A stretch of DNA of 64,000 nt from Tubulanus polymorphus. Taxonomy: Eukaryota; Animalia; Nemertea. The notes below the pieces were generated by a model, which saw nothing but the letters and a program-made list of their open reading frames with translations, searched no databases and was not told the DNA's origin. Below are positions 62,196-64,000 of the stretch, in pieces. Numbering within the stretch: position 1 is the first letter of the stretch; each line of letters begins with the position of its first letter. Made by a program: the position numbers and the translations under genes. Where the stretch lies: assembly GCF_964204645.1 (NCBI RefSeq), contig NC_134028.1:10896213-10960212 (forward strand), read 5' to 3'.

Positions 62196-64000
62196 CCGAA
62201 GCCGCCTGAGAAAGCGCTGAAGTTTGAGATGGTCCTGTTTGCGTCCGTGCCGAAACTTGCGCCGCCGGCGTCGGACCAGAACGCTTTTTCCACGGAGTTC
62301 GGGGGTTGGAATTGGCCTGAACCTCCCGAATCTTCCTCAGCTCTGCGGAAACCGGAGCGCACCAACCGGAGAAGAGACGTGAAGACGTCCCCAATGGGGC
62401 TCTCAGCAAAGCATTGGACACCATATCCGGTAGACGAGTTTTGGAACTGGAGTCCATCACTGACTAACGGGAGGCTAATACCAGATTAGCCTGACCCCGA
62501 ACCGACAACGGAATAACATGCGAAACAGACCGAGCCAAAGATTGGATAATCCGGTCCATTCCCTCCAGTTTTAGGGCAACTGACTCTGGGTCGGAGCCCG
62601 CATGAACGGTGGCGTGAGTCTCGCGAAGCTCACCCGTCAACACCTTAAGTGCCATATCTTGAAACGAACCAACCCTGGTAAGATTGTCCAGGATTGACGT
62701 CATGGCCACCAAACCGGACTTAGGCAAACGAATACCCGACTGTTCTGTAACAGTATCCGGGCTGATCAAAGTATAATCAGCATCCAGGCAGTTATGACTG
62801 TGATCCACAGCACCTGGAGTTGCGTAATACGCCGAGCGAAATGCGCCTATAGGTGGATCGGTTGAACTAAAATATTTCCCAGATTTCATACCCCGTTCTT
62901 GAGGGGGAAATGAAAATGTTCCAGGCCGACATTCACCCCATAATTGCGTATCCAATCGAGCCCATTCTCTCGAAACCGCTGACGATTCCCATAAAACGTT
63001 AAGATCGGAGTCCGGAGGGCGATAAGCTTCCATTGACTCACCGACCAGAGGAGCTGCTGTGGGCTTAGCGCGAGTTGCCCCGTGCTTGACAAAGAACTCA
63101 CTTATCATCGCTCTAAATGGCATGTCCCCCGCTGGTTCGGATAAAACTGAACGGGACGGAGATACATTGTGAGCCAGGGAAGCCCCCATCGTCTGGGGCA
63201 ACCCACAATTGCTTGCGACAGGAACGACCCCAGAAGGAATTGCCGCTTCTGGGACCGGATCCTCATTGAAATCAGACCCTACCGCAGCATCCAGGAATTC
63301 AGAGTCAGAATTCCGAAAAACTGAGTGGGCTGGCGAACTTCTAACCGGACAATCAGGAATAGGCTTACCTGTTGTAGAAGTTGCAGCGACTTGTTGCGAC
63401 GAAGATAACAAGTTTAAAATTTTCTCCTCAAATACATGGAAATCCTTCTGAGTCAGGTATTTTCCAGTATCCCGACGATCATACTTCGGTGACGGTCCCT
63501 CGAACGGGATCGCGACCTACTAGAAGAATCGCTTTCATCGCTAACCGACGTCCACGAACGATGAGAAGACCGACGGCGAAACTTCCGACAATAACGATCG
63601 TAGTCCCTCTCGCGATCAAACCTTGATCTGCGACAAGGAGATCTTGCTCGTTTATTACGCTCACGGCGTCTAAATCTAGTGGGAGAGCGAGCTCTATCCC
63701 CGGAGCGACGATCAGAATCAGACGATGAACGTACCGGATGTTTTGAACCGGACGACGTCTGGACCGGACCGGTGGCCGAACCGGACCGGACCGGACCGAT
63801 GCCCAACCCGGACCGGTACCGACCGAACCGTTCGCGACTACCGCGGCGCGCGCTCGGTTCCGAACATTTAGTCTGAACCGGTGAACGACCAGAGACCGGT
63901 GAATGACCGGAGACCGGTGCCGGTGAACCAGCGTTCCTCCCCGGTGAACGGAGTTGGGAAGCCGATCGTACCTGAACGACCGGCGACCGCTCCGCTTTAC
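62062..64000 (-). pseudogene. DIRS gag-like ORF1 (Arg/Ser-rich N-terminal part), disrupted
   Basis: ORF pieces 62062-62460 and 62464-63411 are in the same frame, split by TAG; 63453-63806 is RS-rich; position upstream of and overlapping pol. Confidence 0.7.

Larger units (their letters stand above)
58299..64000 (-). mobile_element. DIRS1-type tyrosine-recombinase retrotransposon (5' part beyond window)
   Basis: gag, RT-RNase H-methyltransferase and YR ORFs; terminal repeat 58302-58357 is complementary to internal region 58526-58581, followed by a related second segment 58582-58613 (ITR/ICR structure). Confidence 0.93.

Overview
AT-rich genomic DNA from a metazoan, probably a marine invertebrate (inferred from spliceosomal introns and the transposon mix). 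Two convergent host genes: a complete 7-exon class I eIF4E (+, 25300-36929, 218 aa) and the 3' eight exons of a nucleolin-like gene (-, 42401-55320) with five Gly-rich CCHC zinc knuckles before its last RRM and RGG tail. The rest is densely nested mobile DNA: a near full-length RTEX-type LINE (-, 3601-9557) inside a 7-bp-TSD element that splits a tRNA-like sequence; a 10.85-kb TAG..CTA element with a perfect 9-bp TSD carrying a CR1-group LINE and a 61-bp satellite; ~105-bp CAT..ATG elements with 9-bp TSDs inside tiny hairpin elements; Zator-, piggyBac-, Harbinger- and pogo-like MITEs; many Helentron-type (HINE/DINE-like) elements; a 6-bp-TSD hAT transposon with a related MITE; and a damaged DIRS1 tyrosine-recombinase retroelement running off the right edge. 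The top candidate for a new system is the RTEX ORF1 protein, which begins with an HPD-containing J-domain (Hsp70 co-chaperone module) ahead of PHD, coiled-coil and SGNH esterase domains. All calls are from reading the sequence by eye; no searches were run.
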